Made by a program: the position numbers and the translations under genes. From the IMG/VR virus record IMGVR_UViG_3300032135_000002: a stretch of 64,000 nucleotides of DNA; one strand, written 5' to 3'. Below, in pieces: positions 62,297 to 64,000 of the stretch (within the stretch, counting starts at the first letter, position 1; the number at the start of each line of letters is the position of its first letter). The notes beneath the pieces were generated by a model. The model did no database searches. It was given only the letters and a program-made list of their open reading frames with translations, and was not told the origin of the DNA. Source of the DNA: an uncultured virus (IMG/VR IMGVR_UViG_3300032135_000002). Its lineage: Duplodnaviria; Heunggongvirae; Uroviricota; Caudoviricetes.

Positions 62297-64000
62297 ATGG
62301 CTCAAAGACGTGAGAGCAGGCTTTCAGGACTACGCACTGGTGGGAACCGTCTAGCAGGGCTTTCAGCCACTGAGGTGCTCACGCCTGAAGAGCGGTATGA
62401 CGTACAGAACCCGAACGACAACCAGTTCTTTAAAGGCCTGCGCACTGCTTCGGCCAACATCTCTACTGGAGCGTTGCGTAACGAGCAGCTTGATGCTGAG
62501 TTGTCTGGTGACACAGAAGCAGAGGATATAGCTCGCCGAGGCGCTGAGCGTATCGAACGTGACCGCGGCATGTACGCGCCTAGAGTAAATTCCCTGCGGG
62601 ATATCAACAACGCTGGGGATGCTGGCGACTACGTAGCTAGTTCGTTTGGCCAAGGTCTAGGTTCCATGGCGCCATCTGTTGCCGCAGCTCTGGCCACCCG
62701 CGGTCTGGTAAAATCCCCGCTGGCTACGTTCACGTCCGCCGGCGCTGCTTCTTATCCTCAGGTTAGGGGCGAGGTGGTTTCCGAGCAGTACAACGACCCT
62801 ATTCTCGCAGCGGCCAGCGCAGAAGACCGCGACACTATAGCCACCCGCGTGGGTCTGGCAGGCTCAGCACTTGAAGCCGTCGTACCCACCGCGCTGTCCA
62901 GAACTCTGCTTCGTGGCCCCGCCGGCGAAGGTATCCGCGGCACTGCTCGTACGGCAGGACGGAACCTTGTTACTGAGGGCTCTACAGAAACGGCTCAGAC
63001 TGAGGCACAGTTCTTGGGTGCCCGGGCGCTCGACTCTACCCGCGAACGCGACCCGATGGCTTATGCTGACGCCTTCGCTGCTGGTGCCATTACTGGCGGC
63101 GGTACCTCTGTCGGTGCCAGCGCTGTACGCCCAACACTCGGAGCTGCTCGTGACGTAGCCGGCGCCGTGGCCCGCCCAATCGCTGACGGCCTAGGTGCAT
63201 TGTCTTCGCGCAAAGGGCCTACGCGCCCGAACGACACCGGACCGGTTGACGTCAGCGGCGACCCTACACAAGAGGCACCGACGGCTGAAGACAGCGTGTT
63301 CTACGAAGCTAAGCCCGAAGATCTGGCCGACGAGATCATGGCCGGTGATTCTGACCCCAGTCTGGTAGGCGCTACGCGGGAAGAGACTGCTGCGAACATG
63401 GACGCGTCAGAAGAGCGCCGAGTGCTCGGTGCCCAGCGCCTGAAAAATGAGATCTTAGCGCGTACTGACATTCCCGAAAACGTGAAAGCACAGATCCGTG
63501 AGTCTGGCAGCGTCACAGACCCCGCAGTGCAGAAGCGCATCGCTGAGACTTACAGGAAAGCCAACGCGCTCCGTGATCTGGGTGACGCGCTACCAGACGA
63601 AGACGCTACGGTTGCTGACTTTACAGAAATGAAAGACGGCGGCGTTAAGAGGAAGAACCTGCAGAACATGCAGACAACTAAAATGCCTCAGCTGGTTAAT
63701 ACTCTGGCGCGAGCACTCGGCCCTCAAGCTGATCAAGCACCAAAGATAGCCCGACAGCTTACGGCTCTTGCCGCGCGCTTAGACCAGAGTTCTCTGGACG
63801 CAGACACCGTCGAGGCTCTGACGCGTACTCGCGACGCGCTCGGCGGGCTGGACACTACTGGCGCTATCCAAGAAGTTTTGTCAGCGTCACTGCCCGCTCT
63901 GGCTAAAGGCATGGAGGCTATTCAGGCTATCCCGTCCGCCTTGTCCGACGTGCGTGGCAGCGAGGGTCAAAGCTTCTTGGAGTCCATGATGCCTCGGCGC
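62297..64000 (+). CDS. Large internal virion/ejection protein, 3'-truncated
   Basis: ATG 62297 (MAQRRESRLSGLRTG...); A/G-rich; apparently open to the window end (no stop seen, hence absent from the track). Confidence 0.65.
   Translation, partial: MAQRRESRLSGLRTGGNRLAGLSATEVLTPEERYDVQNPNDNQFFKGLRTASANISTGALRNEQLDAELSGDTEAEDIARRGAERIERDRGMYAPRVNSLRDINNAGDAGDYVASSFGQGLGSMAPSVAAALATRGLVKSPLATFTSAGAASYPQVRGEVVSEQYNDPILAAASAEDRDTIATRVGLAGSALEAVVPTALSRTLLRGPAGEGIRGTARTAGRNLVTEGSTETAQTEAQFLGARALDSTRERDPMAYADAFAAGAITGGGTSVGASAVRPTLGAARDVAGAVARPIADGLGALSSRKGPTRPNDTGPVDVSGDPTQEAPTAEDSVFYEAKPEDLADEIMAGDSDPSLVGATREETAANMDASEERRVLGAQRLKNEILARTDIPENVKAQIRESGSVTDPAVQKRIAETYRKANALRDLGDALPDEDATVADFTEMKDGGVKRKNLQNMQTTKMPQLVNTLARALGPQADQAPKIARQLTALAARLDQSSLDADTVEALTRTRDALGGLDTTGAIQEVLSASLPALAKGMEAIQAIPSALSDVRGSEGQSFLESMMPRR

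Overview
The window is entirely tailed-phage DNA and appears to contain parts of two different phages. (A) Bases 1 to about 5,700 are AT-rich and N4-like: a gp69-like gene, a gp68-like terminase large subunit, a gp67-like adaptor, a lysis-type cassette with an M15-like peptidase, and a lipoprotein/DUF1353/holin-like block. (B) From about 5,700 to 64,000 is a more GC-rich, podovirus-like genome in three parts. First, a plus-strand fibre/decoration module (Fn3, 12 leucine-rich repeats, Ala/Thr/Ser repeats) ends at a bidirectional terminator near 10,450. Second, a long minus-strand early/replication arm (10.5-39.4 kb) carries GP88-like, dNMP kinase, DEDDh nuclease, DnaJ, family A DNA polymerase, SF2 helicase, Cas4-like nuclease, a VWA/MoxR module, primase-SF3 helicase, HTH/RHH regulators and many small membrane proteins. 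Third, a plus-strand morphogenesis arm (39.8-64 kb) carries TerS, TerL, portal, scaffold, DUF4043/N4-gp56-type capsid, adaptor, lysis cassette, tail proteins, a glycosyltransferase and probable ejection proteins. The most striking signal is a 270-aa intein in the second TerL: its central linker stays open in the intein frame while a complete endonuclease VII-type homing endonuclease with its own ribosome-binding site is overprinted in another frame. Other notable items are a LECT2-like M23 protein in the endolysin slot, an Fn3 domain split across two genes, two inverted copies of an iteron/AT-rich origin-like element 25 kb apart, and three tandem pseudoknots in the capsid-gene leader. All family assignments come from motif recognition by eye; no database search was run, and GC statements are visual estimates.
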